DNA of 64,000 nt from Candidatus Saccharimonadales bacterium (lineage in GTDB: Bacteria; Patescibacteriota; Saccharimonadia; Saccharimonadales; JACDBH01). The DNA lies in NCBI GenBank assembly GCA_041752595.1, contig JBGSWE010000003.1, positions 13,720 to 77,719 on the forward strand. The letters run 5' to 3'. Below, piece after piece: positions 52,848 to 62,542 of this stretch. Under the pieces are notes generated by a model that ran no database searches, was not told where the DNA came from, and worked only from the letters and a program-made list of their open reading frames with translations. Position 1 is the stretch's first letter, and every line of letters starts with the position of its first letter. Made by a program: the position numbers and the translations under genes.

Positions 52848-54986
52848 GTGGGATCAACCATAAATCCACTAAACAAAGAAATAATTAGCGTAGAGACCGA
52901 TCTATGCGGCAAAAAACTCAAACTAGAGATAAATCGTGTTGGTTTCCGAACTAGCGCTTCTGTTTTAGTAACTTACGGAGATACCGTAGTGCTAGGTACA
53001 GCGATGGTTGGCAGCGGAACCGTAAAGGGGATGGACTATTTCCCGCTATCAATTGATTATGAAGAAAAGATGTATGCTGCTGGCAAAATCAGTGGCTCAC
53101 GTTTTATTAAGCGAGAAGGCCGACCTTCCGACGATTCAATCCTAATAGGTCGCCTAATTGATCGTCCAATTCGACCACTTTGGCCCAAGGGTTATCGAAA
53201 TGAAGTTCAGGGTGTTGCAAGTGTGCTCAGCATGGATCCCGATTTTAGACCAGATATGATTGCCATGATTGCCATGTCGACTGCATTCATGTTGACTGGT
53301 GCGCCATTTGAAGGCCCTGTAGCAGGACTTCGTGTTGGTATAAACAAAGAGGGTAAGTTTGAAGCATTTATGCCACTAGCCGATCTAGAAACAGGCAAAC
53401 TTGATTTGGTTGTTGCAGGTACCGAAAAGGGCATAATGATGGTAGAGGCTGGTGCTAGTGAAGTATCAGAGCAAGAAGTTGTAGATGCTATGGAGTTTGC
53501 TCTCAAAGCTTTTCAGCCTGCAATTAAACTACAAAAGGAACTGGTTAAAAAAGTCGGCGTATCAGCCATGGAATATGAATTGGTTAAGCCAGATGCCGAT
53601 ATACAAAAACGCGTCGATACTTGGGCAGCTGGTAAAATGGGCGCCAATTTGCGTGCTGGATATCCAGAACGCAACCAGCTCGTATCAGAACTACGCATCT
53701 CAATGCATGATCATTTTGCGCCCGAAATTGGCGAAGAAGCCTACAGTGCATTAAAAGACGAATACGACGAAGCATTTACGACCGCATTACACAAAGACGT
53801 TCGCGACGGTATCGTCAAAGAGTCAATCCGACCCGATGGCCGTAAAACTACCGAAATCCGAACTTTGAGTTCTGAAGTTGGGTTGTTGCCCCGAGCACAC
53901 GGCTCGAGCATCTTTACTCGTGGACTTACTCAGGCTATGAACATAGTCACGCTTGCTCCGCTAAGCTATGTTCAATTAGTTGATACCATGGAAAAAGAAG
54001 GCGAGCGCCGCTATTTACACCACTACAACGCACCTGGTTATACAGTTGGAGAGGTTAGACGACTTGGTTCACCAGGACGACGCGAAATTGGTCACGGCTA
54101 TTTGGCGGAACGTGCACTAACTGCTGTATTGCCAACAGAGGCTGAGTTTCCATATACTATTCGTTCGGTAACAGAGATAATGTCACAAAACGGCTCAACC
54201 AGTATGGCGGCTACATGTTCAAGCACACTAGCTCTTATGGATGCTGGTGTACCACTAAAGCGCCCAGTTTCTGGTATTGCAATGGGTCTTATGATGGACG
54301 GCGATAAGCCATACATTATGAGTGATATTGCTGATGCGGAAGATTTTGCTGGTGACATGGACTTTAAGGTTACTGGAACAACCGAAGGAATCACAGCACT
54401 TCAAATGGATATGAAAGTGCACGGTTTGCCAGTAAAAGTATTGTCTCAGGCTCTTGAGCAAGGCAAAATAGGCAGAAACCACATCTTGAAGCACATGCTC
54501 GAAACAATTAAAGAACCTCGCGACAAAATGAGCCCATATGCTCCGCGTGTTGAAGCGATCAAAATTAATCCAGATAAAATTCGTGAAATCATTGGTAAAG
54601 GTGGTGAAGTTATTCAGAAGATTACCGCCGAAACAGGTACCGAAATTGATATTAAAGACGACGGTACTGTGATGATTTCTAGTCCTAATAGTGCCTCAAT
54701 TGACGCCGCTATCAAGTGGATCAAAGGCATTGCAGACGATCCAGAAGTTGGTTCAATCTATGAGAACGTACCAGTAGTTAATATTATGGACTTCGGTGCT
54801 TTCGTACAGATTTTACCTGGCAAAGATGGACTAGTTCACGTGTCAGAAATATCCGAAGACCGGGTAGAAAAGGTTAGTGACGTCTTGAAAGAAGGTCAGT
54901 TAGTAACCGTTAAGTTAGTTGCTATTGATGAACGTGGCCGCTTACAGCTATCAATGAAAGAAGCCGCCCGCGAAGCCAAGAAGTAG
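52848..54986 (+). CDS. pnp: polyribonucleotide nucleotidyltransferase (PNPase)
   Basis: Two RNase PH domains, KH (IREIIGKGGEVIQKI) and S1 (GAFVQILPGKDGLVHVSEIS). GTG start. Confidence 0.96.
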   Translation: MGSTINPLNKEIISVETDLCGKKLKLEINRVGFRTSASVLVTYGDTVVLGTAMVGSGTVKGMDYFPLSIDYEEKMYAAGKISGSRFIKREGRPSDDSILIGRLIDRPIRPLWPKGYRNEVQGVASVLSMDPDFRPDMIAMIAMSTAFMLTGAPFEGPVAGLRVGINKEGKFEAFMPLADLETGKLDLVVAGTEKGIMMVEAGASEVSEQEVVDAMEFALKAFQPAIKLQKELVKKVGVSAMEYELVKPDADIQKRVDTWAAGKMGANLRAGYPERNQLVSELRISMHDHFAPEIGEEAYSALKDEYDEAFTTALHKDVRDGIVKESIRPDGRKTTEIRTLSSEVGLLPRAHGSSIFTRGLTQAMNIVTLAPLSYVQLVDTMEKEGERRYLHHYNAPGYTVGEVRRLGSPGRREIGHGYLAERALTAVLPTEAEFPYTIRSVTEIMSQNGSTSMAATCSSTLALMDAGVPLKRPVSGIAMGLMMDGDKPYIMSDIADAEDFAGDMDFKVTGTTEGITALQMDMKVHGLPVKVLSQALEQGKIGRNHILKHMLETIKEPRDKMSPYAPRVEAIKINPDKIREIIGKGGEVIQKITAETGTEIDIKDDGTVMISSPNSASIDAAIKWIKGIADDPEVGSIYENVPVVNIMDFGAFVQILPGKDGLVHVSEISEDRVEKVSDVLKEGQLVTVKLVAIDERGRLQLSMKEAAREAKK

Positions 54987-54998
54987 TATTAAGGATAA

Positions 54999-55598
54999 AT
55001 GAGTTATTTTAATAAACCAGTTATATTAATGTTTTTAGGTGTTCCTGGGTCGGGCAAAAGTTATTTTGCAAAAGGAATTGCCGATAAACTAAATGGCATA
55101 CGCATAAACGGCGACTCAATGCGTCTTGCGATGTTTGGTTCTTTAGAAGAAATCGATAGAATATATCAAACCGAGGATAGGCGAAAATTAAACGAATATG
55201 TTTTTGGTGGGTTAGACTATGTCGCAGAGCAGATACTATCTAGAGGTTGTGATGTTGTATATGATGCCCATCAAAATAAACGAGTAGACAGAGAAACCGT
55301 AGAGGCAATTGCGCAACGACAAAATGCAATCCCTATAGTTGTTCGGGTTAGTACACCCGAACAACTTGCGTTTGAACGTACGCAAACTAGAGAAGCGCAG
55401 ATTGATCAAAGACAGATGTCCCCAGAACGAGCACGTGATGCCATTGAGCGCCATAATGCTAGCACTGATCACCCAGTGCCTTCAGAAAATGTTGTAGATA
55501 TAGATGGCCAACAGTCTTTTAAGGAACAATTCTTAATATTTGAAGATTATGTCAAAGGAATAATTAGTGGACAAACAAGCCAAGCTCGACCAAATTAA
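54999..55598 (+). CDS. P-loop ATPase/kinase-like protein
   Basis: Walker A GVPGSGKSYFAK. Small AAA_33/zeta-toxin-like kinase layout. Confidence 0.55.
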   Translation: MSYFNKPVILMFLGVPGSGKSYFAKGIADKLNGIRINGDSMRLAMFGSLEEIDRIYQTEDRRKLNEYVFGGLDYVAEQILSRGCDVVYDAHQNKRVDRETVEAIAQRQNAIPIVVRVSTPEQLAFERTQTREAQIDQRQMSPERARDAIERHNASTDHPVPSENVVDIDGQQSFKEQFLIFEDYVKGIISGQTSQARPN

Positions 55599-56127
55599 GG
55601 CAGATATTATCAAGAATAATGTCTGCCCAGATTTGGCTCGTACGGCCAACCAGCTAGTGATGGACGATGGTAATCCCGATGCAGAAATTATTTTCATCGG
55701 CGAGGCACCAGGTAAGAAAGAGGATGAGCAAGGTATTCCATTCGTAGGAGCAGCCGGCAAGTTCTTGAACGAAATGTTGGCCAGTATCAATCTGAGCCGA
55801 GAGGACATTTACATAACAAACATCGTAAAGTATCGACCACCGAATAATCGGGATCCAAACAACGATGAAAAAACGGCATTTTTACCCTATTTAGAAAAAC
55901 AAATAGCGGTTATAGAGCCAAAACTGATTATCACCCTAGGCAGGCATAGCATGGATGCTATTCTGCCCGGGCTGAAAATCAGCCAAGTACATGGTGAGCC
56001 CAGGCCTTATAATGGAGTAGTATTTATACCTCTTTATCATCCTGCGGCAGCACTATACAACGGGGCATTGCGTCAGACATTATTAACAGATTTTGCGCGC
56101 ATTCCCGACATTCTTATGAAAATCTAA
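55567..56127 (+). CDS. uracil-DNA glycosylase, family 4
   Basis: GEAPGKKEDEQGIPFVGAAGKFLNEML and the HP motif (PLYHPAA). GTG start overlapping the upstream gene by 32 nt. Confidence 0.88.
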   Translation: MDKQAKLDQIKADIIKNNVCPDLARTANQLVMDDGNPDAEIIFIGEAPGKKEDEQGIPFVGAAGKFLNEMLASINLSREDIYITNIVKYRPPNNRDPNNDEKTAFLPYLEKQIAVIEPKLIITLGRHSMDAILPGLKISQVHGEPRPYNGVVFIPLYHPAAALYNGALRQTLLTDFARIPDILMKI

Positions 56128-56160
56128 TATCAAATTCTTAAAGAAAGGAAAATAAAAGAT

Positions 56161-58266
56161 ATGGATAATAAACCAAAAAATGACCAGCCAAATAAAGGTG
56201 GTCAAAATCGCTCGAGATCTAACCAACAAGGTAATGGACAACAGCGAAATAACAAACAACAGGGCCAGCCGCAAGGCAATGGCGCTAAAAAATCTAGCCG
56301 AGGCGCAGCAATGCGTGCCCAAAAACGCGTAAATGAAGACGCAACACGTCAGATTAACGCAGTACTGGCAACCACTAAACCACAAGAAGGCAAACAGCGC
56401 GCCAACATTATTGACGACACGCCACGCCTTAAAGTTATAGGACTCGGTGGCATGGACGGTGGCGGTTCAAAAAACATGATGCTAGTCGAATATCAAAACG
56501 ACGCAGTTATTATTGATGCTGGTAACGAGCTAGGCATAGACTTGCCTGGAATTAACTACGGGATACCAGATACAACATACTTAGAGACAATTAAACACAA
56601 ACTTCGTGCATATATCATTACGCACGGTCACCTTGATCATATTGGTGCATTGCCACACATAGTACCACTGTACCCAGCCCCAATTTACGGTAGTACATTT
56701 ACTATCGGCCGCGTTCACGAAATTTTCGAGAATTTTGGCATGCCACTTCCTGAAGGCTTTGAACTAAAAACCGTCATGATGAACGAGGATACCCACGAAA
56801 AGCTCAAAATTGGCGCATTCTTTGTAGAGTTGGTTCGAGTCACACACTCAATTCCAGGTTCTACAGTAGTAGTACTTGATACACCAGTAGGTCGTATCAT
56901 TAATACCGGCGACTTCAAGCTTGATCCAGACCCACTCGACCACGAACGTACCGATACGGCTCGTCTTATAGAGCTTGGCAACGAAGGGGTTTTGGCTTTA
57001 TTTAGTGAAAGCACAACCGCCGATCGAGCAGGTCGAACACCATCTGAAAGTGTCATCGAACAATCTTTTGTAGACATTATGGAAAGAGCTCCAGGGCGAA
57101 TTTTTGTTGGTCTATTTAGCACCAACATGAACCGTGTCCAGATGATCATTAATGCCGCTATTCATCACAACAAAAAGATTGCTATGGACGGCCGTAGCAT
57201 GGTTAGTACACTAGAAATGGCAGTACGTCATGGCTTTATGAAGGTTCCAAAAGGAACTTTTGTGCCAATTGCCAGTGTTCCAAATATGAAAGACACCGAT
57301 GTTGTAGTTGTGTGTACTGGTTCACAAGGCGAGCCAAGCTCTGCTTTGCAGCGTATGGCTAATGGTGAACATCGCCATATTAAACTCAAAGAACAAGATA
57401 CCGTTGTTCTTTCTAGCTCACCTATTCCAGAAAGTGGAAATGATAAGAAAGTTGGAGATATGGTAGACGGTCTAATGCAGAAGGGTGTTCATGTTTATGA
57501 GCACAGGTATCATGAGTTGGATAACGTTGGACCACTTCATACATCGGGACATGCTTCTCAGGAAGAATATGCTGAAATGATTAATTTCACCAAGCCACAG
57601 TTCTTCGTTCCTATCTACGGCCCATATAGATCCAAGCAACGACACCTTGAACTCGCCGTTCAAGAGGGTATACCACGTAAGAATACTGCAAATGTGGGCA
57701 ATGGTGTTGTTCTTTCCTTTACGTCTGACAGCATGGAAATTGACGGTCAGGTACCAAACGGCACCATACTAGTTGACCAAACTGGCGCTATTGTTAGCTC
57801 TGTTGTAATCAAAGACCGTCTAGTTTTGGCCGAAGAAGGCCTGGTTGCAGTAATCCTTACTATAGATAGAAAGACCGGTCAGCTCATGACAAGTCCAGAT
57901 ATCATCAGTCGTGGATTCATATATATGCGCGACAACGAAGAACTCATGAATGGTTTCAGGGCTGAGCTACGTCGGGCGGTGCAACAGCGCTTCAAGCGAG
58001 TTGATTTAGACCGCTTCAAGGCAGAGCTCAAAGATCACATTACTCACTACTTGTTCGAAGCAACAGGTCGTAGCCCAATTGTCATCCCAGTTGTCAATAT
58101 CGTAGGTGGCGGCAAAGTAGAAACAAGAGTAAATGGCAACAACAATGGAAATGGCAATGGCCACCAAGAAGTTGTTCAAAAATCTCCAGAAGAAGTTGCG
58201 GCAGACCAGCAAAGACGCTTCCAAGAAATGCGTGCCAAGCTACTCAATACCGACCAACAGGATTAG
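56161..58266 (+). CDS. rnj: ribonuclease J with a basic Gln/Asn/Gly-rich N-terminal extension
   Basis: Metallo-beta-lactamase motif THGHLDHIGALP, beta-CASP, RNase J C-terminal domain. The first ~70 aa are low-complexity and basic. Confidence 0.93.
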   Translation: MDNKPKNDQPNKGGQNRSRSNQQGNGQQRNNKQQGQPQGNGAKKSSRGAAMRAQKRVNEDATRQINAVLATTKPQEGKQRANIIDDTPRLKVIGLGGMDGGGSKNMMLVEYQNDAVIIDAGNELGIDLPGINYGIPDTTYLETIKHKLRAYIITHGHLDHIGALPHIVPLYPAPIYGSTFTIGRVHEIFENFGMPLPEGFELKTVMMNEDTHEKLKIGAFFVELVRVTHSIPGSTVVVLDTPVGRIINTGDFKLDPDPLDHERTDTARLIELGNEGVLALFSESTTADRAGRTPSESVIEQSFVDIMERAPGRIFVGLFSTNMNRVQMIINAAIHHNKKIAMDGRSMVSTLEMAVRHGFMKVPKGTFVPIASVPNMKDTDVVVVCTGSQGEPSSALQRMANGEHRHIKLKEQDTVVLSSSPIPESGNDKKVGDMVDGLMQKGVHVYEHRYHELDNVGPLHTSGHASQEEYAEMINFTKPQFFVPIYGPYRSKQRHLELAVQEGIPRKNTANVGNGVVLSFTSDSMEIDGQVPNGTILVDQTGAIVSSVVIKDRLVLAEEGLVAVILTIDRKTGQLMTSPDIISRGFIYMRDNEELMNGFRAELRRAVQQRFKRVDLDRFKAELKDHITHYLFEATGRSPIVIPVVNIVGGGKVETRVNGNNNGNGNGHQEVVQKSPEEVAADQQRRFQEMRAKLLNTDQQD

Positions 58267-58301
58267 CTGACTGTTTGTGGTAATGATATGCTTAAGCATA
58301 T

Positions 58302-59633
58302 ATGTTTACCGCTAGTCAGAAATTTCTTAAGAAGTATTATGTACCCGTAGTAGCTCTCGTTGTAGTCATTGGAATGGGTGTAGTTGCTGTAATCGTGCGC
58401 GCGGCACCAACTGTAGTTGTATTCGAGGCAGAAACCGGACAACTGAGTCAAAACATCCAACAAATAAATGACACTCAAGCTTCTGGTGGATCAGCTTTAG
58501 AATTCAAAGATTTACAAAATCCTCCAGTAGTTACCTGTAATCTAAACGCAACTACTGCAAATTTTGCAGCCCAAGTATCCGCCGCACAGCCAGGGCAAAC
58601 TATTTGTTTGGCAACAGGGAACTATGGTCAATGGGGTGGAACAAACAAGGCAATAACTATTCGGCCGGCAGTTGATGCTATGCCTAGTATGAGCTTTGAA
58701 TTTAGGCAAGATGATGGCAACTTTACTATCGATAGTATAGATATAGCTGGCGGGGCATTTCTAAACTACTCTGATGGTAATGGTCCAAAAAATATTACAA
58801 TCCGCAATTCTGCTTTTAAAAGTTCGATTATGTTTGATGGCCCATTAGATTCAAACATTCTATTGGACAATAATACTCACATTAATATTAATTTTGCAGG
58901 GCCAAACAATGCCGTTACCTGTGGAGCGACTCCAGCAGCAATACACTTTCCGTACAATAGTGGTACAAAAGTTTCAGGTGTCACAATTCAAAACTCATTG
59001 TTTAAAGGTGGTAACAAAGACGGTATTCAGACTGGAATAGGTGTTAATGTAATAAATAATGAGTTTGATGATATTGGTGAACATGGTGCGCGCTGCGGTG
59101 ATTATAACGACACGCCTCATACGGACTCAATACAACTTTTAGGTGCTAACAGAAGTGTAATTAGAGGCAATTATTTCCATAACGTAGTCACGGGCATAGT
59201 AGCTTATGATGGTATTTCCAATGCAACTATTGAAAATAATGTAGTAGAAACAATTTCCCGACCAGACGGCATAGAGTTGTTGTCTGATACGAACTCAATT
59301 GTTAGGAATAATGTTGTTGTGTACAAAACCGGTTGTGGCAATGGTTCGAATGTTTGTGGCGGTATATTTATAGGCCGAAAATCTGCCGATCCGCCAGGGG
59401 TTGGAACTGTTGTTGAAAACAATATTGCAAGCTATATCTCAATAAATAGTGGTTCGACTACAGCATCAAATAGAAACAACATGCTTAGAAGTGACACTAC
59501 TGGTTCTAATTTTATAGGTGTGCCAAGTTATGTTGGGGGATCAAATCCAACTATTTTTGATCAATTTGAATTATCTCCAGCATCACCAGGAATAGGTAGG
59601 GCAACCGACGGTGGAAACGTCGGAATAAGATAG
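58302..59633 (+). CDS. right-handed parallel beta-helix repeat protein, N-terminal TM anchor
   Basis: Repeated I(R/Q/E)NN/NS turns (IRNSAF, IQNSLF, INNEFD, IRGNYF, IENNVV, VRNNVV, VENNIA). Confidence 0.7.
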   Translation: MFTASQKFLKKYYVPVVALVVVIGMGVVAVIVRAAPTVVVFEAETGQLSQNIQQINDTQASGGSALEFKDLQNPPVVTCNLNATTANFAAQVSAAQPGQTICLATGNYGQWGGTNKAITIRPAVDAMPSMSFEFRQDDGNFTIDSIDIAGGAFLNYSDGNGPKNITIRNSAFKSSIMFDGPLDSNILLDNNTHININFAGPNNAVTCGATPAAIHFPYNSGTKVSGVTIQNSLFKGGNKDGIQTGIGVNVINNEFDDIGEHGARCGDYNDTPHTDSIQLLGANRSVIRGNYFHNVVTGIVAYDGISNATIENNVVETISRPDGIELLSDTNSIVRNNVVVYKTGCGNGSNVCGGIFIGRKSADPPGVGTVVENNIASYISINSGSTTASNRNNMLRSDTTGSNFIGVPSYVGGSNPTIFDQFELSPASPGIGRATDGGNVGIR

Positions 59634-59751
59634 TCAACACCGACCAAGAAGACTAAATACAAATACGTGATACAAAACCTGTATTTGCGAAAAATTACAT
59701 TTTGTAGTATAAATATGCTATCCTCGTCCACTATATATTAGGAGCGATAAT

Positions 59752-60483
59752 ATGGGGAAGTACAAGAAAAAAATACTGCCAATACTTGCGGTGAGCATGC
59801 TTATTGCGGGTTATGGGTGCAGTACAGAAGAAGAGTCCAAACCCGATTTGGGTCCTGACGGTTGTCCATCTGGCACTTTTGAAGATGTATTCAGCAAGGA
59901 CCAAATGCGTCAGTACTATACATGCAGTTACGGCATTGTAGACAATTACTTAGCTGCAACTTTTACGGATGTTCCGTCACCGCTTTATTACTTCATTGAT
60001 TTTGATGATAAGGTCGAGTCGGAATGTAAAGGTGGTCCAGTTACTGATTCGTCTTTTCAGTATTGTCCCGCTGAAAGAACAGTGTATATTGGCGCTAAGG
60101 AAATGTGGGATGGATATTCAGGTCCTCGTGGCGACATGGACATGACAGCCAGCCTCTTTCATGAGGTCGGGCATCATATTCAAGCTGTTGCGAACGCTTA
60201 TGCTCAAACACAAGAGGAGCAAATTGCCAAAGAAGTGCAGGCTGATTGTGTTATGGGTGACGGTGTGCGTTATATGAATGGAGTCGGCGCGCTTGAGTAT
60301 GAAGACGACATTGGTGACACTCAGTCACTCATTGAGTTTTTAGCCGATACCAAGTCTGATAGTGAACAGACACACGGTCGTGTAGAAGATAGGGCTAGAG
60401 CATTCAATGCTGGTTTTACCGATGGAATTGCTGCTTGCAACCAGTTCTTTAAAGAGATTTGGCGGCCAGTCACGCAAAACTAG
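59752..60483 (+). CDS. neutral zinc metallopeptidase-like lipoprotein
   Basis: Lipobox LIAGYGC. HEVGHHIQ zinc site and downstream EVQADCVMG (YpfJ-like family pattern). Confidence 0.75.
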   Translation: MGKYKKKILPILAVSMLIAGYGCSTEEESKPDLGPDGCPSGTFEDVFSKDQMRQYYTCSYGIVDNYLAATFTDVPSPLYYFIDFDDKVESECKGGPVTDSSFQYCPAERTVYIGAKEMWDGYSGPRGDMDMTASLFHEVGHHIQAVANAYAQTQEEQIAKEVQADCVMGDGVRYMNGVGALEYEDDIGDTQSLIEFLADTKSDSEQTHGRVEDRARAFNAGFTDGIAACNQFFKEIWRPVTQN

Positions 60484-60492
60484 GCGGTACAT

Positions 60493-60536
60493 ACGTAAGA
60501 AGTCTCTCGTTTGAGCGAGCGAGAGACTTCTTACGT
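60493..60536 (+). terminator. perfect 17-bp hairpin after the metallopeptidase gene
   Basis: ACGTAAGAAGTCTCTCG (60493-60509) pairs with CGAGAGACTTCTTACGT (60520-60536), followed by an A/T-rich tract. Confidence 0.65.
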
Positions 60537-60547
60537 ATAATTTATAA

Positions 60548-60599
60548 TTGACTAAATAACAAAAAAAGCTTAATATATAATTTAACTCTACCAGAGTTA
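60548..60599 (+). promoter_or_regulatory. cassette C promoter plus conserved 5' hairpin
   Basis: TTGACT (60548-60553), 17 nt, TAATAT (60571-60576), overlapping TATAAT. Then TAACTCT-ACC-AGAGTTA (60583-60599), identical to 61531-61547. Confidence 0.6.
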
Positions 60600-60640
60600 C
60601 AACATAGTGTTGTTCATAGTTAGTACCTTTAGGAGGATAC

Positions 60641-61252
60641 GTGAAGTTCCGTTGGACACGAGGTTTATTCCCCGTAGTTTTCATCACTCTTTTGGCGGCT
60701 TGTTCAGAAGGAGAATCAAACAGGGACACAGAACCTGCTGATACTGCAGCCGAAACAGAATCCACGCAACCCCCGCTGGGCTGTGCTGGTACTGGTCCTA
60801 TCAACAGTGACTGCTCATCAGATACTGTTCCTGATGATACTACCCCTACGGGTGGTACGCCTCTTTGGCGGTATGAAGATTGCGAAGACGCTATTGGTAG
60901 TGCCTGCACCGACACGCTATTGACCGCCTTTGCTAAGTGGGGTGAAAACATACCTTTGCTTTACGTTGATGAAGATGCGGGCTGGGAAGGTGCCTATCTT
61001 GGCGAATTTGCTGATGAGAAATACCCCGCAGAAAACTTGAATGCTCTCGTGCTTTATGCGTGCGCAGACATCGAAGCACCGTCAGCTGACGAAGATGGTG
61101 AAGAGGGTTGGTTTTCTGCACAGTTCAAGTTTTACACCAATCTTGATGCCAGCGCGAGCCATGAACTGTTTGATGCTGCAATGGAATACATCTGTCCCGA
61201 CCTCGGTTGGGTACGGGCCTACGACTACGATGGCTGGATTCCTGAACAATAA
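60641..61252 (+). CDS. acidic Cys-containing lipoprotein (203 aa), GC-rich
   Basis: SD AGGAGG, GTG start. Lipobox LLAAC. Confidence 0.65.
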   Translation: MKFRWTRGLFPVVFITLLAACSEGESNRDTEPADTAAETESTQPPLGCAGTGPINSDCSSDTVPDDTTPTGGTPLWRYEDCEDAIGSACTDTLLTAFAKWGENIPLLYVDEDAGWEGAYLGEFADEKYPAENLNALVLYACADIEAPSADEDGEEGWFSAQFKFYTNLDASASHELFDAAMEYICPDLGWVRAYDYDGWIPEQ

Positions 61253-61289
61253 GCATCTGAACAACAAGAATTCTGCGCAACTGAACACC

Positions 61290-61356
61290 TGGTAGGGGCT
61301 AATCGCTGTAGGTGGTAAATCGAGTGTGTACTCACATCTCAACTTACCACCTACAG
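61290..61356 (+). other. conserved 3' module of cassette C
   Basis: TGGTAGGGGCTAATCGC, then a 13-bp hairpin CTGTAGGTGGTAA/TTACCACCTACAG (61306-61356) with an inner GAGT..ACTC. Counterpart at 62091-62156. Confidence 0.6.
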
Positions 61357-61363
61357 CACCCCA

Positions 61364-61415
61364 TCCACCTTTTTTGTAAATATCACAATATTAAATGAAG
61401 GTGGATTTTTCTTTT
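61364..61415 (+). terminator. rho-independent terminator
   Basis: TCCACCTT (61364-61371) pairs with AAGGTGGA (61398-61405), followed by TTTTTCTTTTC. Confidence 0.6.
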
Positions 61416-61521
61416 CTTTAGAAAATAAACAGCATCTAAAATTAAAAATTATTAGTATATGATGCCAAGCTACTCAACAACGATGAGCGAGACTATTTGT
61501 AATAATGTAATTAAAATGTTA

Positions 61522-61547
61522 TATTATGCTTAACTCTACCAGAGTTA
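61522..61547 (+). promoter_or_regulatory. cassette D -10 box plus conserved 5' hairpin
   Basis: TATTAT (61522-61527), then TAACTCT-ACC-AGAGTTA (61531-61547). No convincing -35. Confidence 0.5.
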
Positions 61548-61585
61548 GCGCTACGGCGTGAGGGATGCTACTAGAAAAGGCACAG

Positions 61586-62089
61586 ATGTCCACTTTTGCT
61601 GGTTGTAAGTATAAGTTGCTTGCGGTTGTTGCAGGCCTTGCGGTTGTCTTCGCGGCATGCGGAGGGAACAATGAAGAACCGGTTGAAACAGAAAGTACTT
61701 CGGAAACTGGCACTTCTGGAGGTTCGGGTTCAGTTGTAATCATTAAGGGGAAACCATTCACCTGCGATAAGGTTATTGGTGGAGAATGTAATCCAGAAAT
61801 TCAGGCCGTGTTTGACAGGTACAAAGAGAACATCGATGTATTTGCGAACAAGGGTGGTATGGGTCCATACTTCAACAACAGCTCTTATGAGGATGTGGCC
61901 TTTGCTGGGTTGGTTGCATGCACGTTCCTCGATAGGGGTGAGAATGCATACATTGATTTCATGTTGACCGACTCCGCCTTCTCTGAACTACAAAGCATCG
62001 AGATCCTACCGGTTTGGTTTGAGGCTCAAGATTCATTGTGCCCCAGTGGTTCAATGGTGGCTCCTGGCGACTTTGCACCAACGCCGTAA
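61586..62089 (+). CDS. Cys-containing lipoprotein (167 aa from ATG 61586), GC-rich
   Basis: Lipobox VFAAC. Cys placement parallels the 60641 protein. The ORF track start 61565 is an alternative. Confidence 0.6.
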   Translation: MSTFAGCKYKLLAVVAGLAVVFAACGGNNEEPVETESTSETGTSGGSGSVVIIKGKPFTCDKVIGGECNPEIQAVFDRYKENIDVFANKGGMGPYFNNSSYEDVAFAGLVACTFLDRGENAYIDFMLTDSAFSELQSIEILPVWFEAQDSLCPSGSMVAPGDFAPTP

Positions 62090-62090
62090 A

Positions 62091-62156
62091 TGGTAGGGGT
62101 AATCGCCGGAAGTGGCAAGATGGTTGAGTACATCACTCATAAATCCTGCCACTTCC
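62091..62156 (+). other. conserved 3' module of cassette D
   Basis: TGGTAGGGGTAATCGC, then a 10-bp hairpin GGAAGTGGCA/TGCCACTTCC (62108-62156) with an inner GAGT..ACTC. The stem sequence differs from cassette C but pairing is kept. Confidence 0.6.
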
Positions 62157-62233
62157 GAGCGAACCCACCCACCGCAATCGCTCTTAAGCGTTAAATATTG
62201 CAGTGGGTTTTTACTTTTACGACAATTAGCATA

Positions 62234-62262
62234 TTGACAAAATACGAACAATCTGCTACAAT
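62234..62262 (+). promoter_or_regulatory. consensus-like sigma70 promoter
   Basis: TTGACA (62234-62239), 17 nt ending in TGC, TACAAT (62257-62262). Confidence 0.65.
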
Positions 62263-62268
62263 GTAGTT

Positions 62269-62514
62269 ATGTCAGAACAAAATAAACAGAGCTCAGATCA
62301 ATGGATTGCGAACGAAGCCCATGGCGATAGCCACCTCAGACATTTGATTCAAAGACGAGAAGAATTGTATCTAGATGCTGCACAGCTTGGCGAGCATAGA
62401 AGTGGCTACAAGAATAGCGGTGATCAAAATAGACAAGACGAATTAGATGAAGTGCAATCAGAAATTATTGATCGCAAAGACTATCTAGGCATAGATCGAT
62501 TGATTGAACCATAA
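62269..62514 (+). CDS. small hypothetical protein (81 aa)
   Basis: ORF track. Charged, no motif. Confidence 0.45.
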   Translation: MSEQNKQSSDQWIANEAHGDSHLRHLIQRREELYLDAAQLGEHRSGYKNSGDQNRQDELDEVQSEIIDRKDYLGIDRLIEP

Positions 62515-62542
62515 GTGGTATAATATTTTTATAGGTATCAAA

